Source of the DNA: Phoronis australis
Lineage: Eukaryota; Animalia; Phoronida
DNA: 64,000 nucleotides
Assembly: GCA_002633005.1 (NCBI GenBank)
Contig: NMRA01000622.1
Location: 35,121-99,120, forward strand
Direction: 5' to 3'
In this document: piece by piece, positions 37,901 through 52,900 of the stretch
Numbering within the stretch: position 1 is the first letter of the stretch
How the letters are laid out: each line of letters opens with the position of its first letter
Notes under the pieces: model-generated
Told to the model about the DNA's origin: nothing
The model's input: only the letters and a program-made list of their open reading frames with translations
Database searches by the model: none
Made by a program: the position numbers and the translations under genes

Positions 37901-40900
37901 GAATTGAGCAAAGTGCAATTGTATGTGCACAGGCGGCCCGAAAGTTGCAAGGGCCAGGGATGTAGACCGTTGGACCTTCTGTTCAGAAAATCTATCGGTG
38001 GACTAAAAAATACAGGAACACGATTCCGGCACGATCTGGGGTCTGAGAACCCCCCCTCTTCCGCTACCGGTCCTAGTTAGTGAACTCAATATTTCCTCAC
38101 GCCCTTGCTGTTTCACTTTGCTTGCGGCAGCCAAGGGGGGGGGTTGGCCCCCCCCTAAATCCGCCTATGGAATTGTCCGTTTGCACCATTAAGACATTTA
38201 AAATAGGCCTACCTTCTTATGAACTTGGCATTTTTTTTGTAGTTTCATGTAGGCATAAAGGTAGCTTTCATTTAATTTTGAAGGTAGCATGATCAATAAG
38301 TCGTGGTATGGTTACAAAAGATTACAAGTCTGGTGTGGTAGTTGCAAAAATAGGGTATTTACAAAAATAACTCAAATTCTTTTTTAAAGCTTCATAAATC
38401 TAAATATCATGTTTGAACAACTTCAAAATGAGCTCTCTCTAACTATACAGACATAGTGTATACTAGAGGTACACGTCAAAAAGTAATTCAGCAGTTTTTT
38501 TGGTGACAACAGCTCGACCAAGGCTTTGAGTTCCGGCAGTAATCCAGTGCCCTTCCCTGTGCCGATCGAATCTCTGAATTTTGACCGGGAGAGAAGTTCA
38601 GTTGAACGCCAGCTTACGGTTTATGAATAACACAAATTTACCTGATACGAAACAAAATAATGTCCATTGTGTTGAAATAAATAACAAAAAAACATAAAAT
38701 AAAATGTCCTTGAAAACAACAATTTCCGGGGACTACCGCTATGAGTGCTGAGATCCAGCAGGTGCACAGACAAAGGCGGCTAGACGTAGTCAACTCGGGA
38801 GTCAAAATCTGAGATAGCCCTTCACCATAGTCACCAAGCTGAAAAGTGCGTATCTTGGAACTAATATATGTGTGTTTATAATAGCCTTCGAGTTATCAAG
38901 CAACATCGCTAAGTTCAGCTGCTTGTATGGCCGTACAGTTTGATCCGTAGTTTACGCTTTTCAATATCATTTTTCGGCTTAGGACATGCCAAAAAATGAC
39001 GGCATATTATTCTGGAGCAGCATAACGGCTGTCGGTGCTACACACATCATATAAAAACCATTTCCCAATTCTTAGCGGACAATTTCTTGAGCTATAGAAC
39101 TATAGACTCGACTGCGTGTGGTTTGTCGGGTAAAATGGCGGCTTGGAAATGCAGACGAAGGTGTGCCAAGAATGCTGCGTTCTGATTGGCCAATTAAGCC
39201 GTCCGTCATAAATCCTGGCGATAGGTCAATTGTACCCATACAGTAGTTATGGCTTCTGATAACCACTTCATCACCAATTCACATCTTCCCAATGAAAATT
39301 GTTTCATGTGGAATTTGTAAATATGCTGGTGATAGAAAAAAAGGTTCATTTTGGGAACAACCTCAATAACGGCGTGATCACTAATGCAGATTTTAACCTC
39401 ATTGATGCAAGAAAACGTTGAACGCAAAGCTAGGATTGGTTGTATCGTCAACCATGATCCGTCATTCTGTGTCTAAAGTTACTTTCCAAGTTCGTAAAAA
39501 TCGTATCCATATTATTTTAAATACAGCCTTCCGAGCCTGTGGGTGTAAACACAATATTGGGTGTTACACGTCTGTCTTTATTTCAAGGGGTTAATACCCT
39601 GAAAAATTATCTTCGGAATAATGGCTCTTTGGGGTTACAACTGATCCATCTAGACGAAAAAAATTCCAGGAGGTAATAATTGCGTTTTCAATGATGGTGT
39701 TAAAAATAAATCAGTGATTTTGGAAAAAATAACATCACGCCAAAGAGAAACGCATACAATAATCACTACAGCTAGCACACAGTTATCAGGGCGAATTTAG
39801 TTAGTCAGGGGGCGATTGGTTGACAGTATTCATAACTTACTATTCTGAGAGCCCGATTTCAAGTTTCTTGATAGAAAATTTACAAAAACGTATCACTTTC
39901 TTCAACGTGTTACAGCAGCGGTAAATAATAAAATTTTGTTGCTTCGCTTTTATTTCCTTTACAAGTTGCCACTCTACTTTAGGTTTCGTTTTTCGTTTAC
40001 GTTTTTAAGATGTAAGACATTATGCACACGAAATATTCAAATGCAAAGTTGTAAAAATATGTACTAGGACGGTGAATCGTGAGGCACAAGTCAAAGCATC
40101 ACAGAATTCGACAGTTTTTACGTGACTGTGTTGTGCAAATGTGTGATTACAAACACTACAGTCGCAGCACACCTGACGATTAGAATTAAATATATGCAAC
40201 TGCTTGATGTTCACAATTCCTTAACATCAGGCACGTGGAGTACAATGTTGGTAAAGAGCATAATAAGCCATATGTATTACCGCACTGAGCCACCAACACC
40301 AGGCATCTAAAAACACTAAATCTTTAAAAAAACAGTACAACTGCTTGGTCAATAGTCTGATATATTGTGCCCACTATTTTGAAAACCAATTTTATCCTCT
40401 GAATAATGGGCATTAAACTGGTTCTCAAAATGTAGGCATGTTATAAGGGAATAAACTTAAGGAGATAACCTGTCTAAGTCATGCCCATTATTCAGCAAAG
40501 TGTCTTTGTAATTGTAAATTTCATGTAGATAAATGTACATATTCACGAGGAACAAAAGTTAGCTAACAATACATGTCATTACAAACATCTGTTGAGTGAT
40601 TATTTTTGACCAGAGCGCTGCAAATGCAGACTCTAGGCTGTTATAACTGACTGGTGGAGCATTTTAATACCTGTATTTTCTTTGTTCAAAAGACTGGCGT
40701 GATGGAACCAAATGACACAGTGATGATTATTTGATTGTGTTTTATTTTCTTTTAATTGTCTGTAACAGGCCAACCATTACAAAAATGAACATAATAAGTT
40801 TTTCGCTGAAAACTTATGTTTTTGGTAGAAAAACTTAAAATTTGGAAAACAAAAAATTTGGTTTTTAACACAAACTTAAAGTTTTTAAAATTTAAGTTTT

Positions 40901-43900
40901 TCAATAAAAAGACTGTACCACCATCTTAAGTTTTTCAGAGAACTTAAGTTTTTCAGAAAACTTATTAAGCTTTCCCAAATAAACTTAAATTTCAAGCATT
41001 AACATAAGTCTTTATGAAAACTTAATTTCTTCGTACTATCAAAACTTATTTTTTATATCTTAAGTTTTTCACAAATTTTAAGTTTTTCGAATTATAAAAA
41101 CTTAAACAAACTTAAGATTTCTAGACTACTTACGTAAGTTGTTCGTGTATTTTGTACTACTAAGTCATGTAGATTGTCTTAGGAGTGAACCCAATGTTAA
41201 AACTCAACTTGAAAAACTGACCCATTGCATGACATGCTTGTAGTTAACTTACACACTGTCTTGTACTTGAATCCTGGAGAGTGACTGGTTAAGTTTTGAG
41301 TCTGAGTTCAAAGTTTATATGCCAGTGAGTATACAAATTGTCAGATTAATGTTGTATNTTGCATTAGTAACTGGTCTTGGCTAATATTATCATTTTATGG
41401 CCTGGTCATCCATTCAGCCAAAAGTAGTTCCAGAGGTGGCTTATCAGCCAATTATTCATGCATGCTGACTCACAATAGAAGCCTGATAAGAGTGAAGGTG
41501 GATAAATGTGGTGTTCCTACAGTTTCTTGTTTTAGTGGATGTGTTCAGGACATGCACAATAAATATCCAACAAATTGTCATACACTGATGGCTTTTACAC
41601 ATCTGTTGTTAAATTTTGGTGTCTTTATTGCAGAGTGTGGCTTTACTTATCCTTGGATAAGGATGGCTACCCTGAGACAACACAACACAACATAGGCACT
41701 TATGAACTGCAGCTCATGAACCCGAGCTCAGCAATTATCTGATTTCAAAAAGACATGGGTTTGTAGTCACAAAACATGATTCATTTGCCTTATGAAGCTA
41801 AGAGACTAGATGCAGCTAAAGAACATTAAATGACATGTGTTGAAGCATAGATAAATGTATAAAGTAGCTTTAGAATAAAAGAGAATAACTTTGTAAATCA
41901 AAAGTCATCATAGTTTTCTAATTTCCACCTCATACAACCAGACTGTACTAAGGTTTACCTTTTCTGAAACATGTTCGCGCCATATAATGTAAGAATTTGC
42001 TGTAAAGATTGCCAACAAAAATGAAACTATGACTTTTATTTATACTTTGAACTTACCAGTTGAAAATCATGTTAGTTTTCATGATTAAAAACTTAGATAT
42101 TTCAGACCAAAATCAAGTTTTTCAATGAAAACTTATTAAGGTCATTTTTGTACGCGAAGGTGTGTATGAGTGTCAAATGCAAGAATTACAGAAAATTTTC
42201 GGACTGCTGGACTGAAGTTAAGCATCGCCCTCTAGGGCAATTCATACAATAGAGCTCCAGAATACAAAATAGCTACAGGGCTATATTGATTTGGATATAT
42301 GCTTGCATCCACTATTGTTATTTGACAACAGAAAACAAGAAATGTGGGACGAAAGAAAATAATGGCTTTGGTATGACTGAATAACTAATACTCTTGACTA
42401 TCCATGGTCAAGTATGTCTTCAGAGTGCAGTCTCCTTTCATTTATTGCGAGAACACCTGTTTATCATTTTAGATAAAAAAACATCACCAAAAGCACAGCC
42501 AAATGTGATATTTCAATTACAATATATCAATATATGATCCAATATTAATCATTGAAAATTTGCTTTAGACCACCATAAACTTGTAGGCTAATGACGTGGA
42601 CAAGTATCATCTTTAACGAATGAGAACCCACGGCAGATTTTAATAGTGATGCCCAAATGGAAAGATTAGAGAAACTTAGTTTCTAAGTTTAGCAGATGTA
42701 TATACTTGACTTCAGTCTGGGACCTGGTCAAGCTTCAGTGAACAAATATCGATTCGAAATATTTCCCATTAGTGGTTGGGCTAGATGACTACTGGTAAAT
42801 CTCGATCCTGCATTTTTACAATATGCAACACCCATATACCTAAGAGGGGTTTCATCACTCATCAGTTTTCATCAGCAGCCCTTCATTGTCATATTAGAGT
42901 CTGAGTGCAATATACCTATTATTCAAGACTAAAATGAATAGGGTAGCATTACCACACAATTTGACACTTAAGTTCAGCAATTGGAAAGCCTCAATGAAAT
43001 AGCCTCCATGCAATGATGTGGGAGTGAGCTCCTCAAACTTTATAATTCCTAATTTGTAATTCCAGTAATATGACCATTACAGCAAAGTATGATCTTAGTT
43101 GGGAGCATGCAATATCTGATTACAAGCACTTCAGCTGTTGTGCAAGTGTTGTACTGCCAAATTAGCCAGTCCTCATGTGGAGAATTTCTCACTTATGCAT
43201 GGTGGTATTGATATTCATAGCCAACCGAATGAATGTCCTTCAATTCCTAGAACCACCATAGTCTCGGGTATGTGGACCAAACACGCACCAAAGGCAAATT
43301 TCTTTAAACTTGTCGATTAAGTTAACGATTCGTTGTCCTGATTTCGGAAAAACAATTCCCACACCTTTTTATCACTGCCACGACGGTATTCTGCCTGTTG
43401 GTGAAAGAAAAAATGTCAGAAATTCCTACAAGCAAAAATACTCAGTAATGCCTTCTTACCACAGTTATTGGTGGTGACCGTGAGGCACAGCTCCGCTTCC
43501 CCCCTTGCATTTTTAAAGATGTCAGTAAAACTGCGGTGCAAGGTAATAATTCCGATCAGAATGTTCGCACGTACGAGTTTCATGAGTGGCCTGTTTACGG
43601 TGATAAGACCATAGGCAGAATGGTGCTCTAATTCACATTTTATTTGCCAAGTGCAGTCTTGCATAACCAACTTAAAGCCACTGTTGCAATTGAAGGACCC
43701 TCATCTTGCTGCTGTTGCAAGTTGTTTTCCTGATAACTCTCCAGAGTCGGGAGACACACAGTACAAGTCACAGGAAGTTAAAGACAATGGCCAAGAACGA
43801 AACAAGTATGAGCATGCTGTCCTGAGAGTTTTGTTACAAGTATTACAACAAATCTGTTCTTGCTTTTTGGTGTCTGCTCAATTATGGAGGCCTGATCATT

Positions 43901-46900
43901 TCTTCAGAAGAGGCAGGCTGACGACAAATACATCCGAGTTTTAATGGACTTTTACGGCAGCCCAAACGTCATTGGTGGGGAGAGGTGAGCCGGTGATACA
44001 GCCCGAAGATATGCTGCCAGAGTGTGCCTTGACACAACAACTTCAAGTCAGTTCATGTCCCTGAATGAGATGGCTACATACATCTACCAGCATAAGTTAA
44101 GGGTGCTTTCGCAAACATGTGGAAACTGATTGAAATTGGTTAAACATCAGTGAACTGTGAGCGTGGCCATTGAAACTGATACTCGGAGTTCACTATAGGC
44201 AACAAGATGCTACAATGTCTGATGATCTTGACGATCAATGCGCTGCCATCTCAAGATTTCCCGTAAGAAACGGCAGTTAAGAAATGGAAGCAAGACCACA
44301 AACGGCGCGTTGTTTATTAAGTCGGACACTTGCCAGAGCATACTGCTATGGTGTCATTATCTGGTGTTTTATTCAACGACACAATCCCTCATAGTTGCAA
44401 CTGGAAATAGTGTTGGTGTGGTATCTGCTTATAGGATATCTCAAACCTTATTCACAAAAATTGGCCATTTTGGAATATTTCACATATCTACTAGATAGTT
44501 AACTTTTATCCATTTTGTACTTGGGTTTCATATCAGTTTCCCCGGTGCATGGTGTGTATAACAACCAACTCTTCTACTTTAAAATGGACCACAATACACC
44601 AGCTTGACCCACTAAATATGTTGGCTCCGCCTGCATGACCTTGTTGGACTTGATGCAATGTAGATCCACTTGGCTGATCAAAAGTTTTTGTGATAATTAA
44701 GTTAATGGTATGCACTGGAAATTCAGTTGACAATGCGCGTGAAAATCGAAATAATGAACGCGGCTAAGGGATGTATATTGACAAAAAACAAGTTTCACCG
44801 AATAATCACCAAATTTCTTGAAATTTTCATGACGATTCACCACATAATCAGCCTTTTCTTGGCTCTGGCAAATTGACTTAATTTGAACTTAGGAACACAA
44901 GTTCTCGAAAACAGTTCAGTGGATTTTTGCTAAATCTTTCCAAACTTGATATTCATTCAAAAACGCTGTTAGGATTTTCGATATAAGGCTTTATATTTTT
45001 TTGCGTAATGCAACAAAGACGAAAAAGACTTGTATTTTCTACAAATACCTTATATTTAGGGAGTTGATTTGTCATAGAAATCAAAAAAGTAGAAAATTCC
45101 TAACATTTTTGAGGTAACTGGTGAAATTTTCATTTAAAAAAGGTTTCATTAAAAGCGACCGAGGGTTTATTTTGCTATGAATGTGCCTTTCTTAAATATG
45201 AAATTTTGACTTAAAACGGAGTTCAACGGAATTAAAACAATGGCAATTATAACCATGTTTGAATTTCCTACTTTTCCTTTCAGAATATACATACTTTTCG
45301 CTAGTTGATAAAGCCTAGTTGTTTGATAAATGAGTTAGAATGGAGGCCACTAATTAAGGTTTGAGACAACCTTAAGGAAGTCTCAATCAGATGGCCAAAA
45401 CCCTACACTTGCCAATGTTTTTGCTATATAATCTTGGAATGTAAGTTGATCTTTTTTTTTCATAAGGCAAACTTTATTCCTTGCAGTACATTATGTGCAT
45501 AACATGAAAAACAAGAAGTTTGGTCCGTGTAACTGACAGTATTTTTATCATTTCCAGGGTTGGGAAAAGAGAAAGTATTTGGCTAAAAATTTTTGAAAGT
45601 AGCTAACTTTTCAGAATGCTTTAGCCATTTTGGCAAATACCGATACATGGATCAATAATTGTAAAATTTGCTCTGAGCAGTAGTAGTTTTTATTTAATAC
45701 ATTTTTACCTGTTATAAATTTATATCTAGATTTAACGAGTAGAGTGAATAATAGGTAAATTGTAGTTGGGAATTATCACATTTTAATTTGCAGTTGGCTG
45801 ACAACTTCCAGTCTGTCCGTAGTTATAGCCAGGAGCATTCCCATTTTAAAGGAAAGACCTTAGCAGACAAAACTGCCCGCCTGTCCCTATTTATATTCAG
45901 CACTCCAACTGTAACAGAAAATCCTCAGCTGACAACTGCCAGTCCATCTCATTAGTTAGTCAGAAGCACCCCTATCGTAATGGAAAATCTTTAGCAAAGT
46001 GCTGCCTCTCCGTCTCAGAAGCCAGGAGCTCTAACGCTGTAACGGAAAGACTTAACAACTGACAAAATGCTTTTGCCTGTCTAAAGCTATAGCCAGCCTG
46101 TCTCAGTAGTTAAATGTAGTCAGGAGCTCTCTTGGTGTAATGGAAAGAACTGGCTGCAAGTAATTTGGGACGCTCCTCTACATTTTAATTGTTAAACGCA
46201 TCGGTAATGATTGTCGATTTTGTCGCGGTTGGCCAATCCTGAAATTCATAAATGGCACGCAGGAAATTCCAATCAAAAATAAGTCATGCTACACAACAAT
46301 GACCGTTACCCATGAGTACACAATTGTTGGCCCCAGTTGACCTAATCACTGAGCTATAACATTCTATTAAATGCTACAAGATTAGTGTGTATTCCAGGAA
46401 GGAAGACAAAGGAAAATTCTTCTTGCCTTGGCTGGTGTGCAATGTTTACAACATTACTTACTGGCTCATTCAACACCACTTCTGGGTTTCTTGGATTTAC
46501 TAACACTTTTTGAGACCTTAAACTTTTATTGAGGATCCAAATATCTCTAAAGTGACCAAAATATAGGGAACAATGTTTTTTTAATTACTCAGAACATTAA
46601 TGAGCCACCTCATCATACCCAATGTTGCTAATTCACATGAACACCAGAAATAAAAAATAAGGAAATAACTTCATTTTTAATACTGGTAAATGCTTAAGCA
46701 AAAATGCTTAAGTACTTTTTCATGTTTAATTTTGACCGCATTATGGGCTTGAAGGCTTAGAATTTTGGATATCGCTGTAAATCATGTCATTCACTCACAG
46801 GTGGCTGCAAATCATGTCATTCACACACAACGGTCATTTTTGAAATTGACATGCAAGTTCAGTACAAACAAATTTTTGTGAACCTTCCTCGTAGTGCCAG

Positions 46901-49900
46901 GGTTCTTGGTCCTGCCAAAGAAGATAATTATTTTATTACCCCACGTAATTTAGCGAATAGTTGAGCCCAGAGTGCACATCTTTCAAGGTTCTCATCATTA
47001 GTCAAACGTTGATGAAATAGCCATCTTTATAATGCTTTAAATCACATACATGCAAATTTCTTCGAAATACTTCATTGAAGGACGCATCCGTACACTTAAC
47101 GTGACATGCTGATAATTCTGTTAAAACAGTAAGATCACATCCCTTCTGGGCTTGTGACGTTAATGCAAATAAATATCAAAGCTGCAACACTGACCCCAAC
47201 ATTAGTGTACTTCATTTTGTTAACTGTTCACTATACCTGCCCTCATCTTATCACAGGTAATTATTATTCATAGCCCCCAAGTACCTCCTTCATCAACAAA
47301 AAACATGATTTGTAGACATGCTGCTATGAAACTTGAATTGAAAACATATACAATCCCAAAATGCGTTTGAGAGGAGGCAGTGTGGCCTGGTTGATAAGTG
47401 CCCGCTTTCTTTATTCGAGGTCGTGGGTTCGAGTCCCACCAGGTCACACTGCTAAACCATTGAGCCAGGTTTCTAGCTCACCAGCTCGGTTTTATCCATA
47501 TAATAAAGCATGAAAATATTTTCAGGTGATCAGTGCAATGGGCCAACATGTGAGGCCTGCGCATGTCTGGTAAGTGTATCAGACCGCCTGCAATTATTTT
47601 TTTATAAAAATGCATTTTTGGTCTCAGGAAACGTTGCTTGAACGAGCGCTTTAGAAGACATGCGTTTATATTTGGAAGTATGCCAAATTTTGCTTGGATA
47701 TAATCAAAATACCGTAATCAATGGTTTTGCCTAAAGGTTATCTCAAACCTTATTTACTGACATCCATTCTACGTCAGATATCAAAAGACCAGGCTATCTA
47801 AAAGAGAAAAGTTTCTCAAATAAAATATTAGATTATAAAATACTCTTTATATTCATTTCTTGTTCTTCCTTTATTTGTACACATGGCCATCGGCCCAAAG
47901 TACAACACACAAGCAAACAAGATCATTGGAGTGCTATGCACACTAGTCAGTAATACACAAGCTGTTCTGTTTTTTCGATGACGTGTAGTATACACATTTC
48001 ACAACTGAGATATTGGGATAATATAATAGTCTATGGAATTTATTTTGTTTTATATTTATGTGCCACTCTCATTATCACGTTACCGCATTTTTTAAGTCAA
48101 AATTTTATTCTTAAGAAAGGTACAATTATCATAACAAAGAAACACCTTGGTCGCGTTAATGAAATCTTTTAAAAGCAAAATACAATTGGATATATGTTAA
48201 TGAAACCCTTTTCAAATAAAAACTTCACAATTTCCTACAAAAATGATGTTAGGAGTTTTCAATTACTGACATATAGTTTTGTTTCTATGACAAATCAACA
48301 TGCAAACTGTTAAATAATTTAATGTAAAATATAGCCAGTTGTATTCTAAAATAGGTGTTTCATAGGAAAGTGGTAGTGATGTTGATCAATCAATAATAAA
48401 TTTGGAAAGTTTCAGCAACATTTACTGAGAGCTCGCATTCCTAAGTTCAAAATAAGTTGATTTGCCGAAGCCGAGAAAACGCCGCAAATGTTACTAGTTG
48501 TAATTGAATCTCAAGATTTCTGATTAATTATTCCATGAAAATTTGTTTTTAGTCAATACAACCTACACATGCTATTACGTTGTTAACTAACTCAACATTT
48601 ACTCGTGATGTCAACTGAATTTGCAGTGCGTAATTAAGTTAATTATCACAAATTTCTTAAGTCGGTACAATGCCTCCAGTAAAACTAGGTCAGGGGAGGA
48701 ATTTTAACAATTGACCTATTAAAATAGGAGAAAAAATAAAAAGTGAGACAGTCTGATAAGAGCGGAGTAGTTGGGAAGTACGCTGTTGGTAACAGAAATT
48801 ATTGGATTCTTTTACCAGGTGAACTTTTTATTATTTTTATTTAATGAATGCATGTGAATACTATTATAACCGTTACAACCCGCGCTGTGGGACGAGTCTC
48901 CCCGATTTTGCTGAAGGGGGAACTCGGGTTACAACCGTGTCGTTTTCAGTTTGGCAGTGTTTGCAAGAGGAGAAAGTTGCCAAACCAGTTTATGTAGTCC
49001 AGTGCTTCGTCTTCATTTAACCTTGCGTAATCTAGCAATTATACTGTATGTAAACAGTGTGCCTGACGCTATACGATATTTAAAAATACTAAATTCCAAA
49101 CAACGTTCAACAAAAGTTGTAAAGAAGACGTGTTTTGCAAAAAACGCTATCACCAAAAAAAAAACCCAGAAAATCCCATGTCTTTCAAAGAAATTTTACA
49201 TAATTGTCACCTTCTGATTCATTTGTGTGACTGTAAGCTTTGACCTCCTTGCTACCACACCATTGTGTACCAACACAATAGGCTTGTTCCTCAAGTTTAA
49301 TTGAAGGTGATTCTAGATGAGATGAGGATTTAGGAAATTTCTTGGTTTTGACAGTCCAGGGAAATGGTACATAAGGATTAAAGCTCAGAAACACACTCAG
49401 CTATGCCAATACATTCTGTGAACTTTTCAACTACACTCTAACACTCAGAAACCAATTTCATAAAATACTGCAAAACATGATATAAGCAACCAGCATGTAG
49501 TTTGAAAGTTTGTCGAAAGTTGCTGAAAAGACGTCCAACTCAGAGAATAGAATATTCCCGGCATCCAGCCAGGTCCATGTGTCAGTGCATAATTATAAAG
49601 AATGACGGCCGTGTAACTGACCGGTTTGCTGACTAATTTTGCCAATAAATTATGGAATCATACCTCAAGAGTCTCGCTTGATGAACAAAATTGACAAAAT
49701 GAAAATGAAGAAAATAATGAAATAGGCTTGATTTGATAATCCCAAATAAGTCGAGTGGACAACTGGAACTTCAATTAAAAATCTTGCAGCCATTCCCATG
49801 AAATCTCAGGGTCTCAAGCTCTAACACTAGAATACATGGGTCACATGTTGGAGTTGGCATTCCATTCCTCCAGTTCAATGCAATAATCTCTCTAACAATA

Positions 49901-52900
49901 ATCACCAGTTAACCAAAGTCCCCAGATAACTACGATCCGCATTTTTTGTTACAGAATGCATGAATGATGTTTTGGGGACATTTTGTATCTTGATCAAACA
50001 TTCTAAAAGGTGGTTCAAATTTTTTAATATGAATGCCACCTTTTTCGACAACTTCAAGTCTGGTAGCTTTAATAATTCTGGATTCACAGTTGGGAGTCAG
50101 CAAGAAATATCTAATCTGAAACTTAACAAAAGGAGTTAGAGTTCAATTGCATTGCATTTTCAGCCTTGCTCACGCTATGGATTTTTGTCCGACAATTAGT
50201 CTTGAGATTTAAAGTGAGGCATAACATTAAACGAACTGAACGATAACACATGGAAAACACATCACAACGCATGCACAACCGGTCCGCCATTTCCATATTG
50301 AATTTCTATCCCAAATAACACTGCAATATTGGAACAAAAACGCATTGTTGAATAACTTTTTATGCATGCATGCATCATTAGGTTAAATTGCTACATTTTG
50401 GCACTCAACAACGGCAGCTCAGGACCCAGATATACAAGACAGAGGACAAGAATGCAAATGGCAATGACCCTCACTGTTAGCTTTGTAAGTTATGCTACAA
50501 GGCAGTCTAGTGGTTAGGGCAAGAAAACAATTAACAAGACCAGGAGACATCAGGAGTAACAAGGGGTCATAAAGATTAGGTGAACAGACATAAGTATGGG
50601 GCACTTCTACACTGGTGTGAGCCCTTGATTGCCAGGTCTAGGACTGACTTAACCAGGTAGGACAGGTTGGTCATGGTGACAAAGCTCCACACGTCGATGC
50701 AACAGATAAAAACTAATAAAATTCACTCATAATATGATGACGCATGTGTACAAATGGAAAGCCAACTTCATTCCAAAAGAAACATCTCAAACCATCAACA
50801 CTCACGTACTGAATGATCCATGTAGTTATTAACAGTTATTACCAGGTGTCGCACACAGTAACTACACTTGGCTGTGTAACAGTGCTTCAATCAGAAGCAT
50901 TGAAGCCACTATGCTTTCATTTGAGCAAGTGAAAGGCTTTCAATTGCTTTTAATATTTCAGAAAATGAAACGTTTCAAGTTCTACATTCAATAACTGAAA
51001 TGCACAATCAAAGATGCAGCATTGAGCCACCACACTTCCCAATCTGGGACCTGAAATGCTGCATTCACAAGCATCATTGCCAGAAATTCGTAATATGTAT
51101 TGAACATGTGCCAATAACAAATCTTGTCTTTAGCCCTCTGTAAGAACACATGGGAACAGCAATTAGCAAATGTAAAAGTCGAGGGAGATAGTTATGCAAT
51201 TTGCCAATAGCTTGATGAAGAAAGTGTCAAATATCAGACGACAGTTATTGGTGGAAAACTTTGCATATTCCTTGAGGTTTGAAATTTACCTTGTTCGGGC
51301 CCATGTAAACAATGGTTCAGAGACCAATATTAAAGCCCACAACTCATGTTAAAGTCAAGTTTATGGTGAAATTTGTTTCACCATAACTCTTGCTAACACA
51401 TTAGGAAATGACCAAACTCGCGGTATTCAGAGTTTGCTGGTCCCAACATCATTTTTTGAAAAATTTTACACGTCCCTTGCACTAAAAATGGATCCAATGT
51501 ACAGTGGCGTAAGAAGAAGCGTTGGCGATAGCCTTCTTGACTTGCAATGGAATTTGCATTCTGTTGAGGAGAGATTAGCTCACAATCGGCAATATACATT
51601 GTTGTGTCCATGTTTTGATCTGGGACGATCTTGGGAATACTTTTGTTTGCAGTTGGAAAAATGTCAGATTTTACAGATTCCTACTTTTCATTCGAAAGTA
51701 TGTGATTTTAAGGCTACCGTCTTCAAACAGTTGTTTCTTTTTACAAACCTCCAGATAAAGCTGTGAACACAGCAGTGATTTGATTCATTTATGAAATATT
51801 TTGCAATTGTTATTCTGGTTAGGGAACATTCACCTCTGTGTCAAATTTTGTTGCCTTATCAAACACTAACGGAACAGTACAGAATTATGTTGTTCACCCT
51901 CAAAGATAGAGCATACAATGGGGTTTCAATAAGTATGATGTCCTTTGTATTATTTTTGTTACTCATGTAGGATTGGATTACGTACACAAAAAGATATTGG
52001 CGAACAGCTGAAGTATAATAAAGTTGCTTTTGGCAGCCCGACTAAACAATGGCAGCACATAGTCAGCCGACCATCAATGACTGTTGTTTTGTATCAGCGT
52101 AGAAGTTAAGTCAGTTAGCTGTGGCGACCCAGCTATACAGTCGACTATCGTGTGAATTCCAGAGGTTTCAGTTGCTGATGATTTATTGTAGATGGTCAAG
52201 TATATGCTCTGAAGACGACACATTTCAGGCTCACACAGCTGGTGCGAGTCCCTAGTGGTGTTAAGCTCCATCTCCGTCACCTTTGACCTATCCTCATGTT
52301 ATTGTGATTGGTTAGGATGAGCAAGTGTCATAGCGCTCAGCTTCATCTACAGGACCAAGAATGTTATGAGTTTCTGGCGATGTAGCCAGGTAGCGGTTCA
52401 AGGTGTAAGTAGTACAGCTCCTTCTGATGTGCGCAAGTTAATGTCACTAAATCAAGGCCTCACGAAACAGAAAGCTCGCACAGGAAGAAAAGCCCATTAG
52501 CATGACTATACACCGCTTACCTGTGACGGTACATAATGCAGTCATAGCAAGAAGCAGTAAAATAGAGAGATAAAGACTCCACCCAAGTGATAGCTGGATG
52601 AACAAGGCGCCTGAGTACATGTTGACCTGAAAAAGCAGGGGATCACTGGGTGTTAGTTACCATCGATGCTAGTTGCACCCCCCGGAGTGGTAGGCAGGGC
52701 ATAATGCCAGCCATATCTACTTGCGAGGTTGTCAACATCCGCAAACTTGTGCCAGCAGTTGAGGAGGCCTTGGTGATCCTTGATATCTTACTGATAACAC
52801 CAGTACTGACTACATGCTCTAATGTTGCAGTGAGTTTGGCGGATAGCCAGAGACAGTGCACTGGCCACTATTAGCGGGTGACAAAACAACACAGATGATT

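Noticed and set aside
47373-47450. Possible tRNA gene
   Set aside because: A and B boxes are present but the acceptor and anticodon stems do not pair properly and a SINE-like body follows; the same applies to the tRNA-like heads at 29745-29822 and 29995-30070.
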